A stretch of 64,000 bases of DNA, from NCBI GenBank assembly GCA_002315615.1, contig DCHK01000069.1, forward strand, positions 5,333 to 69,332, written 5' to 3'. Below are positions 55,259 through 64,000 of this stretch, piece after piece. The first letter of the stretch is position 1, and the number at the start of each line of letters is the position of its first letter. The notes beneath the pieces were generated by a model. That model did no database searches and was not told the origin of the DNA. It was given only the letters and a program-made list of their open reading frames with translations. Position numbers and translations under genes: made by a program. The DNA is from Bacteroidales bacterium UBA1754 (GTDB lineage Bacteria; Bacteroidota; Bacteroidia; Bacteroidales; Paludibacteraceae).

Positions 55259-55331
55259 AACTAAAGAGAATAAATGTAGTGTTAATAAAAACGCTATAAT
55301 ATTTAAAAGATGTTAATTTTAACATATTTTT

Positions 55332-57440
55332 TTATCTAATATTTTCTATTAACATTTGAGGGTTTGGTTTGTGACCTCTGAAGTTGATATACATCTGCAT
55401 TGGGTTTTGTGTGTTGCCTTTTTCCAATATATTTTTGCGATAAGATTCGGCAATTTCTTTATTGAAGATGTTGCCACTATGTTTGAAATACTTAAAACAA
55501 TCGGCAGACAATACGCGCGACCAAATGTAACTGTAATATGCTGCTTCGTAGCCGAATGCAAAACTATGGTTGAAGTGTGCAGTGCGATAACGTGGCGCAA
55601 TCATTTCGGGCATACAAATTGTTGTCAAATAGTGTTCTTCAAGTTTTTGGATGTCGCGGTCGGTTTCTTTATTTTCTATGCAGTGCAAATTCAAGTCGAT
55701 ATACGTTGCAGCCAAAAGTTCAACTGTTTCAAAACCTTGGTTGAATTTCTTGCTTTTTTGAATTTGCGTGATGAGCGAGTCGGGCATTACTTCATTAGTT
55801 TTGTAATGTTTTGCGTAAAGTTTAAGCATTGCAGGTTCGGTTGCCCAGTTTTCGAGTAATTGCGATGGCATTTCCACAAAATCTGAAGGTGTATTTACAC
55901 CTGACGTTGAAGGATATGTGCATTGCGAAAACAGGCTATTCATTGCGTGTCCAAACTCGTGAAACAGCGTTTCTACTTCATCAATGCTCAGTAACGATGG
56001 TTTTTCGTTTGTCGGTCGTGTGAAGTTGGCCACGTTTATCACTATCGGACGGTGGTCTGTTCCGTTTTCTTTGTATTGGCAAGAAAGTTCGTCCATCCAA
56101 GCGCCCGAGCGTTTTCCATCGCGTGGAAAATAATCTGTGTAAAGAACGCCTAATTCTTTTCCGTTGTTGTCGTAAACTGCGTACACTTTTACATCATTAT
56201 TATATACTTTCACATTTTGCATTTCTTTGAAATTTACGTTCCAAAGTTTTTTTGCTAAAAGGAAAGCACCTTCTCTCACATTGTCGAGCGAGAGGTATTG
56301 CTGTATTTCTGTTTCGTCGAGGCGATATTTTGACTGACGCAGTTTTTCGGCATAATACCACCAGTCCCACGCTTGTAGTTCAAAGTCGTTACCTTCGTCA
56401 TCAATAATCTCTTGCAAATCTTTTGCTTCGGAAATGGCTTTTTTTCGTGCAACGCGCCAAATTTCGTCAAGTAGGGCATAGACGTTTTGCGTGTTTTCTG
56501 CCATATTGTTGTCGAGTACAAAGTCTGCGTATGTGTTGTAACCTAACAGTTTGGCTTTGTCGATACGCAAATTCAAAATGTTATTTACGATTGTTTTGTT
56601 TTTGCTTGTGCCTCGGTTGTAATATGCTTCATAAAGTTTTTTTCGTAAATCTCGGTTCTTGGCGTATTGCATAAAAGGAATGAAACTTGATTTTTGCATT
56701 GTGAAAACCCATTTTCCTTTCATTCCTGCTTTTTCGGCATCGGCGGCAGCCAAATCAATGATGTTTTGAGGGATGCCGTCTAAATCTGTTTTATTTTCAA
56801 TAACTAATTTATAATCATTAATTTCTGCGAGAAGATTTTTTGAAAATTGCACTTGCATAAAACTGATTTGTTTCTCAATTTCAGCCAATTGTTTTTTTTG
56901 CTCAGCATTGAGTGCCGCACCATTTCTGACGAAGTTTTTGTAATATTTTTCCAATAAATATTGTTGTTCATCGGTCAGTGTTGTGTCTTTTTTGTTACGA
57001 ATTACTTCTATGCGATGAAATAATTTGTCGTTTGTGTAAATTTCAGATTCGTGTTCGGTTATTTTTGGGAGCAGAATTTCCGCCACACTGTCGAGTTGGT
57101 CATTCGTATCTGCAAAATAAAGTGTGTTGAATATTCTCACTGTGCGGTCGAGTGTTTTTCCGCTAAACTCGATTGCTTCAATAGTATTTTCGAAAGTTGG
57201 CAACGCTTTATTTTCGGCAATTTTTGCAATCTCTTCGTTGTGTAACTGAATGAGTTTTTGAACTGATGGCAAAAAGACTTCGGGTTGAATGTTCGTAAAA
57301 TCGGGTAAATCGTCGTACGAGAATTGCGACAAATCAACATCCACAGGCGTTTCTGTGTTTTGTTGTTGCTTTGAAGTGCAAGAAAGCATAATTGCAAAAG
57401 TTAATAATATGTAAAATAGTTTTTTCAAAGTGTAACGCAC
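55332..57440 (-). CDS. dcp: M3-family peptidyl-dipeptidase (Dcp-like) lipoprotein
   Basis: 702 aa. Zinc motif HEFGHAMNS and lipoprotein signal LLTFAIMLSCTS. The start is non-ATG: GTG at 57440 or TTG at 57428. The first in-frame ATG lies inside the signal peptide. Confidence 0.88.
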   Translation of the reverse strand: MRYTLKKLFYILLTFAIMLSCTSKQQQNTETPVDVDLSQFSYDDLPDFTNIQPEVFLPSVQKLIQLHNEEIAKIAENKALPTFENTIEAIEFSGKTLDRTVRIFNTLYFADTNDQLDSVAEILLPKITEHESEIYTNDKLFHRIEVIRNKKDTTLTDEQQYLLEKYYKNFVRNGAALNAEQKKQLAEIEKQISFMQVQFSKNLLAEINDYKLVIENKTDLDGIPQNIIDLAAADAEKAGMKGKWVFTMQKSSFIPFMQYAKNRDLRKKLYEAYYNRGTSKNKTIVNNILNLRIDKAKLLGYNTYADFVLDNNMAENTQNVYALLDEIWRVARKKAISEAKDLQEIIDDEGNDFELQAWDWWYYAEKLRQSKYRLDETEIQQYLSLDNVREGAFLLAKKLWNVNFKEMQNVKVYNNDVKVYAVYDNNGKELGVLYTDYFPRDGKRSGAWMDELSCQYKENGTDHRPIVINVANFTRPTNEKPSLLSIDEVETLFHEFGHAMNSLFSQCTYPSTSGVNTPSDFVEMPSQLLENWATEPAMLKLYAKHYKTNEVMPDSLITQIQKSKKFNQGFETVELLAATYIDLNLHCIENKETDRDIQKLEEHYLTTICMPEMIAPRYRTAHFNHSFAFGYEAAYYSYIWSRVLSADCFKYFKHSGNIFNKEIAESYRKNILEKGNTQNPMQMYINFRGHKPNPQMLIENIR

Positions 57441-57444
57441 TAAA

Positions 57445-58368
57445 TTAAAGTGTTTTCAAAATTTGCATACGGTCTTTTTCCAATTGCTCTGCCAATTGTT
57501 GCAAAGAATCGAATTTTTGTTCTTCGCGTACAAATTTTTGTGGGAAAATATTCAGTTTTTTACCATAAATGTCGCCTGCGAAATCGAAAATGTTGCATTC
57601 TACCGAAATGTCAGATTGCTTGTCGTCAATGGTTGGTCGGTATCCGATGTTTAGCATTCCGTTGTATTCTTTTCCGTCGAGCAAAATAACTGCTGAATAA
57701 ACGCCGTTTTTAGGCAATATTTTTAACGGTTCTTCCATTTGCAAATTTGCAGTAGGGAACGAAATTTTTCTGCCAATTTTATTGCCTTCTGCCACAGTTC
57801 CGTCTAAAACAAAACGATGTCCCAACATTTCGTTTGCGTTTTCAATGTCGCCTTCGTTTAAAAATTTTCTAATTGCCGACGACGAAACTAATTTCTCGTT
57901 TTCAGAAAAAGGTTCTACTTTTTTGATAGCAATTCCCAATTCGGCGCAATGTGCGCTGTATTGATTGAAAGAGTCTTCGCGGTAGCGACCGAAACGATGG
58001 TCGTGTCCCACTACAAGCGATGTGGTGTTTATTTGCGATTTCATCACTTCTTTCAGAAAATCTTTGGCAGAAAATTGCGACAAAGTTTTGGTGAAAGGCA
58101 ATACGATGCAATAATCGCAGTCGAATTTTGAGAGCAACGAAATTTTTTCGTCGAAACTTGTGAGCAGTTTTGGCTGAAAGTCTTGTTGCAACACAATGCG
58201 TGGATGTTGGTCGAAAGTTACTATCGCACTTTTTTTGTTTTCGGCGTGCGCTTGTTCTATCATTTTTTTTATCAAAAAAGAGTGTCCAAGATGAACGCCA
58301 TCGAAAAATCCCATTGTCGCCACATTCGCTTCTGGACGAAATGCTTTTATATTGTTGATAATTATCAT
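57445..58368 (-). CDS. ribF: Bifunctional riboflavin kinase / FAD synthetase
   Basis: ATMGFFDGVHLGH (FMN adenylyltransferase), and PTANL and GYRPT (riboflavin kinase). The start is trimmed to the ATG at 58368; 58389 is TTG. Confidence 0.92.
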   Translation of the reverse strand: MIIINNIKAFRPEANVATMGFFDGVHLGHSFLIKKMIEQAHAENKKSAIVTFDQHPRIVLQQDFQPKLLTSFDEKISLLSKFDCDYCIVLPFTKTLSQFSAKDFLKEVMKSQINTTSLVVGHDHRFGRYREDSFNQYSAHCAELGIAIKKVEPFSENEKLVSSSAIRKFLNEGDIENANEMLGHRFVLDGTVAEGNKIGRKISFPTANLQMEEPLKILPKNGVYSAVILLDGKEYNGMLNIGYRPTIDDKQSDISVECNIFDFAGDIYGKKLNIFPQKFVREEQKFDSLQQLAEQLEKDRMQILKTL

Positions 58369-58404
58369 ATTTGTGTTGTTTAAAGTCAAAAGTCTCGTAT
58401 CTTG

Positions 58405-58430
58405 TCTCTCGCTTCTATATTCTCGCTTCT
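58405..58430. repeat. Two copies of tctcgcttct; the first 14 nt are identical to 1734-1747
   Basis: tctctcgcttctat at 58405-58418 equals 1734-1747. tctcgcttct occurs at 58407-58416 and 58421-58430. The orientation relative to the flanking minus-strand genes is opposite to the copy at 13665-13689. Confidence 0.45.
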
Positions 58431-59059
58431 CATTTGTCCAAACTTTGAATAATTGGTTTCAAATCTTCGCCAGATTGGTACAAATGCGTGTTGAAATTCC
58501 ATTTCATCGAGGCGTTTAGGTTTTTCTCGGAATCGTCGATAAACAATGTTTCGATTGCAAAAATTTGTGCTTCGTTTATCACTTCTTCATAGATATCGTC
58601 TTCGGGTTTTGCCATTCCTAATTCGTGCGAAAGAAAGCAGTGTTCGAAATAGTCGCTCAACTGATGACCATTTTTCTCGAATTGCGTGCGTCGTATCCAG
58701 TCGAAATGAATTTCGTTTGTGTTGCTCAAAAGAAAAGTGCGATATTTATGACGAATCTCGAGCAATAAATCCAATTTTTCTTGTGGTATTTCAAGCAAAA
58801 TGGAAAGCCAAGCATCGTCTATTTGCTCGTCGGTAAGAGAATCGTTATTCGCCAAACGGCGTATTTCGTTGCGAAACTCGGCAGGCGAAACATTGCCGTG
58901 TTCCAATTGCGAAAAAATGCCTTGCGTATGTGTGGAATTAACTAATTCTTCGACATTCTTTACGCCCAAATCGCGAAATTTTTGCAAACAACGGTTTGTG
59001 TCCAAATTGATGAGTACACCACCAAGGTCGAAAACGATATTTTTAATGCCTTTTTCCAT
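58430..59059 (-). CDS. HAD-superfamily hydrolase (subfamily IA)
   Basis: Motif I IVFDLGGVL, motif II LLSNTN and motif IV-like FIDDS. 209 aa. Confidence 0.8.
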   Translation of the reverse strand: MEKGIKNIVFDLGGVLINLDTNRCLQKFRDLGVKNVEELVNSTHTQGIFSQLEHGNVSPAEFRNEIRRLANNDSLTDEQIDDAWLSILLEIPQEKLDLLLEIRHKYRTFLLSNTNEIHFDWIRRTQFEKNGHQLSDYFEHCFLSHELGMAKPEDDIYEEVINEAQIFAIETLFIDDSEKNLNASMKWNFNTHLYQSGEDLKPIIQSLDK

Positions 59060-59104
59060 TTCTTTAAGAATAGTACAAAAGTATTCAATTATTTAATTTA
59101 TTGG

Positions 59105-60469
59105 TCATTCCCCTTTGAATAGTGTTTTTATCACGTCTTCAACTTTGCGTGCTTGTACGACTTCTATTTTCGATTTGCCGAAATCAATGTTTTTTGAGTT
59201 GAATTGTGGAATGATAATTTTCTTGAAACCGAGTTTTTCGGCTTCAGCAATGCGTTGCTCAATGCGTGTTACGGGACGAATTTCGCCCGAAAGTCCCACT
59301 TCGCCAGCCATACAAATTCCTGCGTCAATCGGAGCATCAAGATTTGATGAACAAATGGCGCCAATCACTGCCAAATCTATGGCTGGGTCGTTTACCCGAA
59401 TGCCTCCAGCAATGTTTAGGAAAACGTCTTTTTGTGCCAAACGAAAACCGATTCGTTTTTCGAGTACTGCCAAAAGCATATTCAGTCGGCGACCATCAAA
59501 ACCTGTGCTCGAACGTTGTGGAGTGCCATAAACAGCACTACTTACCAGCGACTGAACCTCTATCAAAAACGGACGAACGCCCTCTATGGTGGCAGAAACG
59601 GCTATGCCACTCAAGCCCTCGTGGTTTTGTGTGAGCAATAGTTCCGAGGGGTTGCTCACTTCGCGCAAACCTTCTTGTCGCATTTCAAAAATTGCCAATT
59701 CGGCAGTATTTCCAAAACGATTTTTCAAACTGCGCAGTATGCGGTACATATAGTGTTGGTCGCCCTCGAACTGAAGAACAGTATCGACAATATGTTCCAA
59801 AACTTTCGGGCCTGCTATGTTTCCATCTTTATTGATGTGTCCGATAAGGAAAATTGGGGTTTGCGTTTCTTTGGCGTATTTTAGTAATGCAGTGGTACAT
59901 TCGCGCACTTGTGTGATGCTTCCTGCCGTATTCTCTATCATTTCTGAAGCGATGGTTTGAATAGAATCTATCACCACCACTTGCGGTTTTACGTTTTCGA
60001 TATGTGAAAAAATCTGCTCAAGTGAAGTTTCGCTCACGGTAAAACATTCGTTGTTGGTGCGTTGCAAACGATTTGCACGCAATTTTATTTGTTGCACACT
60101 TTCTTCTCCACTTACATAAAGTACACGCAAGCCTTCCATATTGAGTGCCATTTGTAAAATGAGCGTAGATTTACCAATGCCAGGGTCGCCACCTATCAGC
60201 ACCAAAGAACCTGGCACCAATCCACCACCTAATACGCGATTTAGTTCGGTGTTGTGTGTGTCGATTCTGTGTTGCTCGGTTGCCACCACATCTTGTATGC
60301 GTTCGGGTGTTTGCTTGGTAGAAGTGAGCGAACTTGTTGCGTGTTTTGCAGTGCTTACAACTTCTTCTGTGCAAGTGTTCCACTCGCCACAAGACGGACA
60401 TTTGCCGAACCATTTTGGGTAATCGACGCCGCAGTTTTTACAAAAAAATACAGTTTTCTGTTTTGCCAT
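59105..60469 (-). CDS. radA: DNA repair protein RadA (Sms)
   Basis: Zinc finger FFCKNCGVDYPKWFGKCPSCGEW, Walker A GGDPGIGKST, the KNRFG motif and a Lon-like C-terminus. The start is trimmed to the ATG at 60469. Confidence 0.95.
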   Translation of the reverse strand: MAKQKTVFFCKNCGVDYPKWFGKCPSCGEWNTCTEEVVSTAKHATSSLTSTKQTPERIQDVVATEQHRIDTHNTELNRVLGGGLVPGSLVLIGGDPGIGKSTLILQMALNMEGLRVLYVSGEESVQQIKLRANRLQRTNNECFTVSETSLEQIFSHIENVKPQVVVIDSIQTIASEMIENTAGSITQVRECTTALLKYAKETQTPIFLIGHINKDGNIAGPKVLEHIVDTVLQFEGDQHYMYRILRSLKNRFGNTAELAIFEMRQEGLREVSNPSELLLTQNHEGLSGIAVSATIEGVRPFLIEVQSLVSSAVYGTPQRSSTGFDGRRLNMLLAVLEKRIGFRLAQKDVFLNIAGGIRVNDPAIDLAVIGAICSSNLDAPIDAGICMAGEVGLSGEIRPVTRIEQRIAEAEKLGFKKIIIPQFNSKNIDFGKSKIEVVQARKVEDVIKTLFKGE

Positions 60470-60566
60470 AATTGCAAAAATAAGAAAAATGTGTGAATAA
60501 TAATCATTTTTATCATTAACTTTGTTGTGAGTCTGAAAGACAATCGAAAGTATATAGTTTTGTGTG

Positions 60567-60607
60567 TTTTGATTTTTTTTGATTTTTTTTGAGATTTTCT
60601 TTTTTTT
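60567..60607. repeat. Phased T/A-tracts (ttttgatttttttt gatttttttt gagattttcttttttt) in the divergent radA/hdrC-like intergenic region
   Basis: gatttttttt is directly repeated at 60571-60580 and 60581-60590, followed by further T-tracts. The roughly 10-bp phasing suggests intrinsic curvature. Confidence 0.5.
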
Positions 60608-60738
60608 ATAAGCAAATGATTTTTGGTTTTTTAGAATTGGTAAAAAACACACGTTGGCGAGCTACTCTGTGAAGAATGGCTCGTTTTTTTGCGCTTTTGC
60701 AAAAACCATTCGCTTTTGCTGAATTGTAGAATTTTGAT

Positions 60739-60746
60739 TACCTTTG
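60739..60746 (+). promoter_or_regulatory. -7 promoter element (TACCTTTG) for the HdrC/HdrB-like operon
   Basis: TAnnTTTG match 23 nt upstream of the ATG at 60769. Confidence 0.45.
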
Positions 60747-60768
60747 AAATTTGAAATAAATACGTGTT

Positions 60769-61476
60769 ATGGGTAAACTATATGATATGCTGAAGAAAGA
60801 TGTGCGCTATCAAGAAGCGTTGAAAGCGTGCATCAATTGCGGAACTTGCTCTGCCATTTGTCCTGCGGCATCGTTCTATTGCTACGACCCCTTGGAGATA
60901 ATGGAAATTGTGCAAAGTCAGAACGAAACACAATTGGAAGAATTGCTCAAAAGCGACAAAATATGGTATTGTGGCGAATGTCTTTCTTGTTCTACGCGTT
61001 GTCCGCGAGGAAATACGCCTGGTTTGCTTATAATGGCATTGCGTAAACTCTCGCAAGATACAGGACTTTTTGTGGAATCGGAAAAAGGTCGTCAGCAGTT
61101 GGCATTGAAACGTGCCATTGGCGACAACATAGTGCGTACGGGTTATTGCATTTATATCGACACGATGAAACCCGAACGACACCCAGAATCAGGACCAGTG
61201 TACGAATGGATTTACAATAATCGCGATGAGGTGATGAAACGAATGGGTGCTAATTACAAAGGCGACGGACCAGGACCAATGAGAAATATTCCACAAGAAA
61301 CTTTGGACGAGATAAAGAAAATTTTTGACCTCTCGGGCGGAACGGAACTTTTCGAAAATATTGAAAAATATTCCGAACAAAAAGCCAAAGAAATGGGATT
61401 GCAGTTCGATGAGACAACAGACTGTGAATATTTTAACGAGATTTTTACGAAAACGACTAAAAAACATACGCTATGA
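60769..61476 (+). CDS. 4Fe-4S dicluster protein, HdrC-like
   Basis: Two ferredoxin-type motifs, CINCGTCSAICP and CGECLSCSTRCP. 235 aa. ATGA overlap with the downstream CCG-domain gene. Confidence 0.75.
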   Translation: MGKLYDMLKKDVRYQEALKACINCGTCSAICPAASFYCYDPLEIMEIVQSQNETQLEELLKSDKIWYCGECLSCSTRCPRGNTPGLLIMALRKLSQDTGLFVESEKGRQQLALKRAIGDNIVRTGYCIYIDTMKPERHPESGPVYEWIYNNRDEVMKRMGANYKGDGPGPMRNIPQETLDEIKKIFDLSGGTELFENIEKYSEQKAKEMGLQFDETTDCEYFNEIFTKTTKKHTL

Positions 61477-62540
61477 TAATAGAAGGAAAGCAGCGAATTT
61501 GGGCTGATTATCAGAAGGAAATTGCCGACGACCACTATTTTTATGTGCGTAGTTGTATTCGTCAGAATTTTTTTCCTGCATCGGAAGTTACATTTTGGAA
61601 AATAATTCGCGATTACGTTCATAAAGATATTTTTGAAAACGAACATCATTCAAGTTGCTCTGGAATAGGTTACCATAGCGATGTGGTGCCGTTTACTACC
61701 ACGCAAGCCGTAGTGGCACGTCAGTTTGCTTTGATGACGGAAAACGGATATAAAAACCTTACATCGTCGTGTATTACGTCCTTTGGCGTTTATAGCGAAG
61801 TGCTCGAAACTTGGAAGAATTTTCCTGAAGAACTTGAACGCACACGCGATATTTTGTACAAAGCCACAAAACGTGAATTTGAAGTGCCCGAAAATGTGGC
61901 GCACACAAGCGACTTGATTTTCAAGTATCGCAATCAGATAAACGATATGGCGAAATATCGTCTTGTGAATGTTAAAACGGGCGAACCTCTTAATGGAGTG
62001 GAACATATAGGTTGCCATTATGCCAAAATGTTCCCAAGCAAGGGTGTAGGCGGTGCCGAGCATCCATACGTGCTTGCAGGAATGATAGAAAGTTGGGGAG
62101 GTAGAGTAGTTGATTATCCCGAGCGTCGTGCTTGTTGCGGATTCGGTTTCCGTCAATATTTTGTTCAAGCAAATCGTGGTTACTCGGTGGCTTGTACCAA
62201 ACGAAAATTTGAATCGATGGAACCATACAAACCAGACTTTATACTTACTAATTGTCCTGGTTGCCCTTATTTCCTCGACCGTTGGCAATACGTGATAGCC
62301 GAAATGGAAGGAAAAACTTACGGCGAAAATGGTTATGGTATTCCTGTGCTCACGTACGAAGAATTGGCAGGACTTGTGCTTGGCATTGACCCTTGGGACT
62401 TGGGCTTGCAAATGCACCAAGTTTCGGTAGAACCATTGCTTGATAAAATGGGCATTTCGTACGACCCAGTAAAAAAATATTTAGGTGTAGATAATAAAAA
62501 CATTGGTCAGCCAACTTGTCCAAGTGTGCTGAAAGTTTAA
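61473..62540 (+). CDS. Heterodisulfide-reductase subunit B-like protein (two CCG domains)
   Basis: 355 aa. Cysteine-rich CCG-type motifs are SSCSGIG...SSCITSFG and RRACCGFGF...NCPGCPYF. Confidence 0.75.
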   Translation: MIIEGKQRIWADYQKEIADDHYFYVRSCIRQNFFPASEVTFWKIIRDYVHKDIFENEHHSSCSGIGYHSDVVPFTTTQAVVARQFALMTENGYKNLTSSCITSFGVYSEVLETWKNFPEELERTRDILYKATKREFEVPENVAHTSDLIFKYRNQINDMAKYRLVNVKTGEPLNGVEHIGCHYAKMFPSKGVGGAEHPYVLAGMIESWGGRVVDYPERRACCGFGFRQYFVQANRGYSVACTKRKFESMEPYKPDFILTNCPGCPYFLDRWQYVIAEMEGKTYGENGYGIPVLTYEELAGLVLGIDPWDLGLQMHQVSVEPLLDKMGISYDPVKKYLGVDNKNIGQPTCPSVLKV

Positions 62541-62552
62541 TGATGATACTCA

Positions 62553-63422
62553 ATGTCGAAATTCAAGCTTAAATTCTTTTTTGAAAAAATACACTTCAGA
62601 TACAAACTCTCTGTACTGAACGAAAACACATTGGAGGAAACGTGGCACGTGCGTTTCTCAAAATTCCAATTGTTTTTGTATGTGTTCTTGATTTTGACGA
62701 TTATTTTCCTCATCAATTTTTTCTTGATAATAAAAACACCTCTTCGCACATTTGTGCCAGGATATTTAGATATGGAAATCCGTCCGCAGTTGATGGACGA
62801 ATCGTTGCGTGTAGATTCTTTGATAAAGGAAACGCAAAGTACCGACGAATATTTGTTGGTAATAAAAGATTTGGTTTCGGGCAAAGTGCAAATAAGCGAC
62901 GACGACACCAAAGATAGTCTGCTCAGCAAGTCGCAAGAATATCAGTTTATAGAAAAATCAAAACGCGAAGCCGCTTTTTGCGAACAATTCGAGAACGAGG
63001 AGAAATACCGACTTTCTGTTGATAAACCCGAAGAAGAAAGTGGCACGACAATTTTTTGTTCGCCAGCAAATGGCGTTATCAGTAAATCTTTTCAAGAAAA
63101 AGGTAAAACGCATTATGGCATAGATATTCAGATTTCTGCCAACGAAAGTATTCGCAGCGTTGCCGATGGAAATATTATTTCGGCACAATACACGCTCGAC
63201 GACGGATATGTGGTAATGATTCAGCACGAGAATAATTTTGTATCGATATACAAACGAAATTCAATGTTTCTAAAAAAAGTGGGCGACCACGTGAAAGGTG
63301 GCGAAGCCATTGCTATAGCAGCAAATTTATGGGAGAAAAAAGAAGGCGAGAAAATCTACCTTCATTTCGAACTATGGCGCGATGGCAAACCGCAAAACCC
63401 TGAAAACTATATTTTATTTTAG
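62553..63422 (+). CDS. M23-family peptidoglycan metalloendopeptidase
   Basis: N-terminal membrane anchor and coiled-coil region. M23 motifs HYGIDI, DGYVVMIQHENNFVSIY and HFELWRDGKPQNP. Confidence 0.85.
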   Translation: MSKFKLKFFFEKIHFRYKLSVLNENTLEETWHVRFSKFQLFLYVFLILTIIFLINFFLIIKTPLRTFVPGYLDMEIRPQLMDESLRVDSLIKETQSTDEYLLVIKDLVSGKVQISDDDTKDSLLSKSQEYQFIEKSKREAAFCEQFENEEKYRLSVDKPEEESGTTIFCSPANGVISKSFQEKGKTHYGIDIQISANESIRSVADGNIISAQYTLDDGYVVMIQHENNFVSIYKRNSMFLKKVGDHVKGGEAIAIAANLWEKKEGEKIYLHFELWRDGKPQNPENYILF

Positions 63423-63425
63423 GCA

Positions 63426-64000
63426 ATGAAAAAACAAATCAGCATATTGGGCTCTACGGGTTCGATAGGAACTCAAACACTTGACGTAATACGACAAAAT
63501 CCTGATAAATTTGAAGTTTTTGCTATTACGGCAAACAATCAAGATGATTTGCTCATCAAGCAAGCACGAGAGTTTAACCCAGAGTTTGTGGTAATAGCCA
63601 ACGAAGAAAAGTACGAAAAAGTGAAAAATGCGTTGGCAGACCTCCCAATGAAAGTCTATACAGGTGCGCAATCTATTGCCGATGTGGCAGGTATGCCTTC
63701 GGCTGATATTGTGGTAACTGCTATGGTGGGCTATGCTGGACTTTTGCCTACTATCAACGCCATTAAAGCAGGTAAGATAATCGCATTGGCAAACAAAGAA
63801 ACACTTGTAGTGGCAGGTGAGCTTATTTGTAATTTAGTGCCAAAATATCGTGCAGGAATTATTCCTGTCGATTCCGAACATTCGGCTATTTTTCAATGCT
63901 TGGCTGGCGAAGAAAAAAGTCAGGTCGAAAAACTTATTATTACTGCTTCGGGTGGCCCTTTTCGCAATAAAACTTTAGAAGAACTTGCCTTTGTTACAAA
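63426..64000 (+). CDS. dxr: 1-deoxy-D-xylulose-5-phosphate reductoisomerase, N-terminal part (3' end outside the window)
   Basis: Not in the ORF track because there is no stop before the window edge. My own translation from the ATG at 63426 gives MKKQISILGSTGSIGTQTLDVI...ALANKETLVVAGE...PVDSEHSAIFQCL, which are canonical Dxr motifs. Confidence 0.92.
   Translation, partial: MKKQISILGSTGSIGTQTLDVIRQNPDKFEVFAITANNQDDLLIKQAREFNPEFVVIANEEKYEKVKNALADLPMKVYTGAQSIADVAGMPSADIVVTAMVGYAGLLPTINAIKAGKIIALANKETLVVAGELICNLVPKYRAGIIPVDSEHSAIFQCLAGEEKSQVEKLIITASGGPFRNKTLEELAFVT

Noticed and set aside
60567-60607. The T-rich direct repeats, considered as a possible CRISPR array or minisatellite.
   Set aside because: The units are 10 nt of homopolymer-like sequence with no spacers, and no cas genes are present. 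Phased A/T-tracts explain them better.
60470-60652. N-terminal extensions in the ORF track for radA (61 extra codons). The same applies to typA (9370-9444), prfC (12036-12083), the nuclease (10454-10621), proC (2824-2907), the DnaQ-like gene (37072-37110), rlmI, ribF, gldG and the thioredoxin-like gene.
   Set aside because: The conserved N-terminal motifs begin at internal ATGs. Several track starts are TTG. The extensions are Lys/Ile-rich intergenic-looking sequence or would overlap the neighbouring gene.

Overview
This window looks like a chromosomal segment of a low-GC Bacteroidota genome. The evidence is a 2425-aa T9SS translocon gene sprA next to ruvA, gldG, a cargo protein with a T9SS C-terminal sorting domain, and TAnnTTTG -7 promoter boxes in place of Shine-Dalgarno sites. 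I ran no homology search; every product name rests on motifs I recognise in the supplied translations.

I support 53 protein-coding genes and one tRNA-Arg(UCU). Most are housekeeping:
- Central metabolism and translation: ackA-pta, proC, typA, prfC, ribF, dxr.
- Replication and repair: ruvA, dnaN, a DnaQ-like exonuclease, radA.
- Glycogen genes in two blocks: a branching enzyme, then a GH13 amylase, a phosphoglucomutase, a DUF3417-type alpha-glucan phosphorylase and a eukaryote-like GT3 glycogen synthase.
- Other: an HdrC/HdrB-like Fe-S pair.

Three regions look accessory and AT-rich:
1. 29.4-35.6 kb holds a minimal Wzx/Wzy polysaccharide locus.
2. 3.8-4.6 kb holds an orphan gene with a protein-kinase-like motif pattern and its own promoter.
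3. 43.0-46.1 kb is a compact minus-strand island and the best candidate for something undescribed. It contains a Type II R-M operon (R before M, no controller protein). A 289-nt non-coding spacer with nested perfect helices precedes it, and a 9-bp inverted repeat abuts the R start codon. A translationally coupled DUF3791/DUF3990/DUF3791-like trio follows, whose middle protein shows an H-Y-E-like ADP-ribosyltransferase motif pattern.

A dispersed purine-rich heptad-like intergenic repeat family occurs at four loci. I saw no transposase, integrase, CRISPR array or rRNA. Several ORF-track starts are TTG or upstream artefacts, and I trimmed them to internal ATGs where the conserved N-terminus begins.
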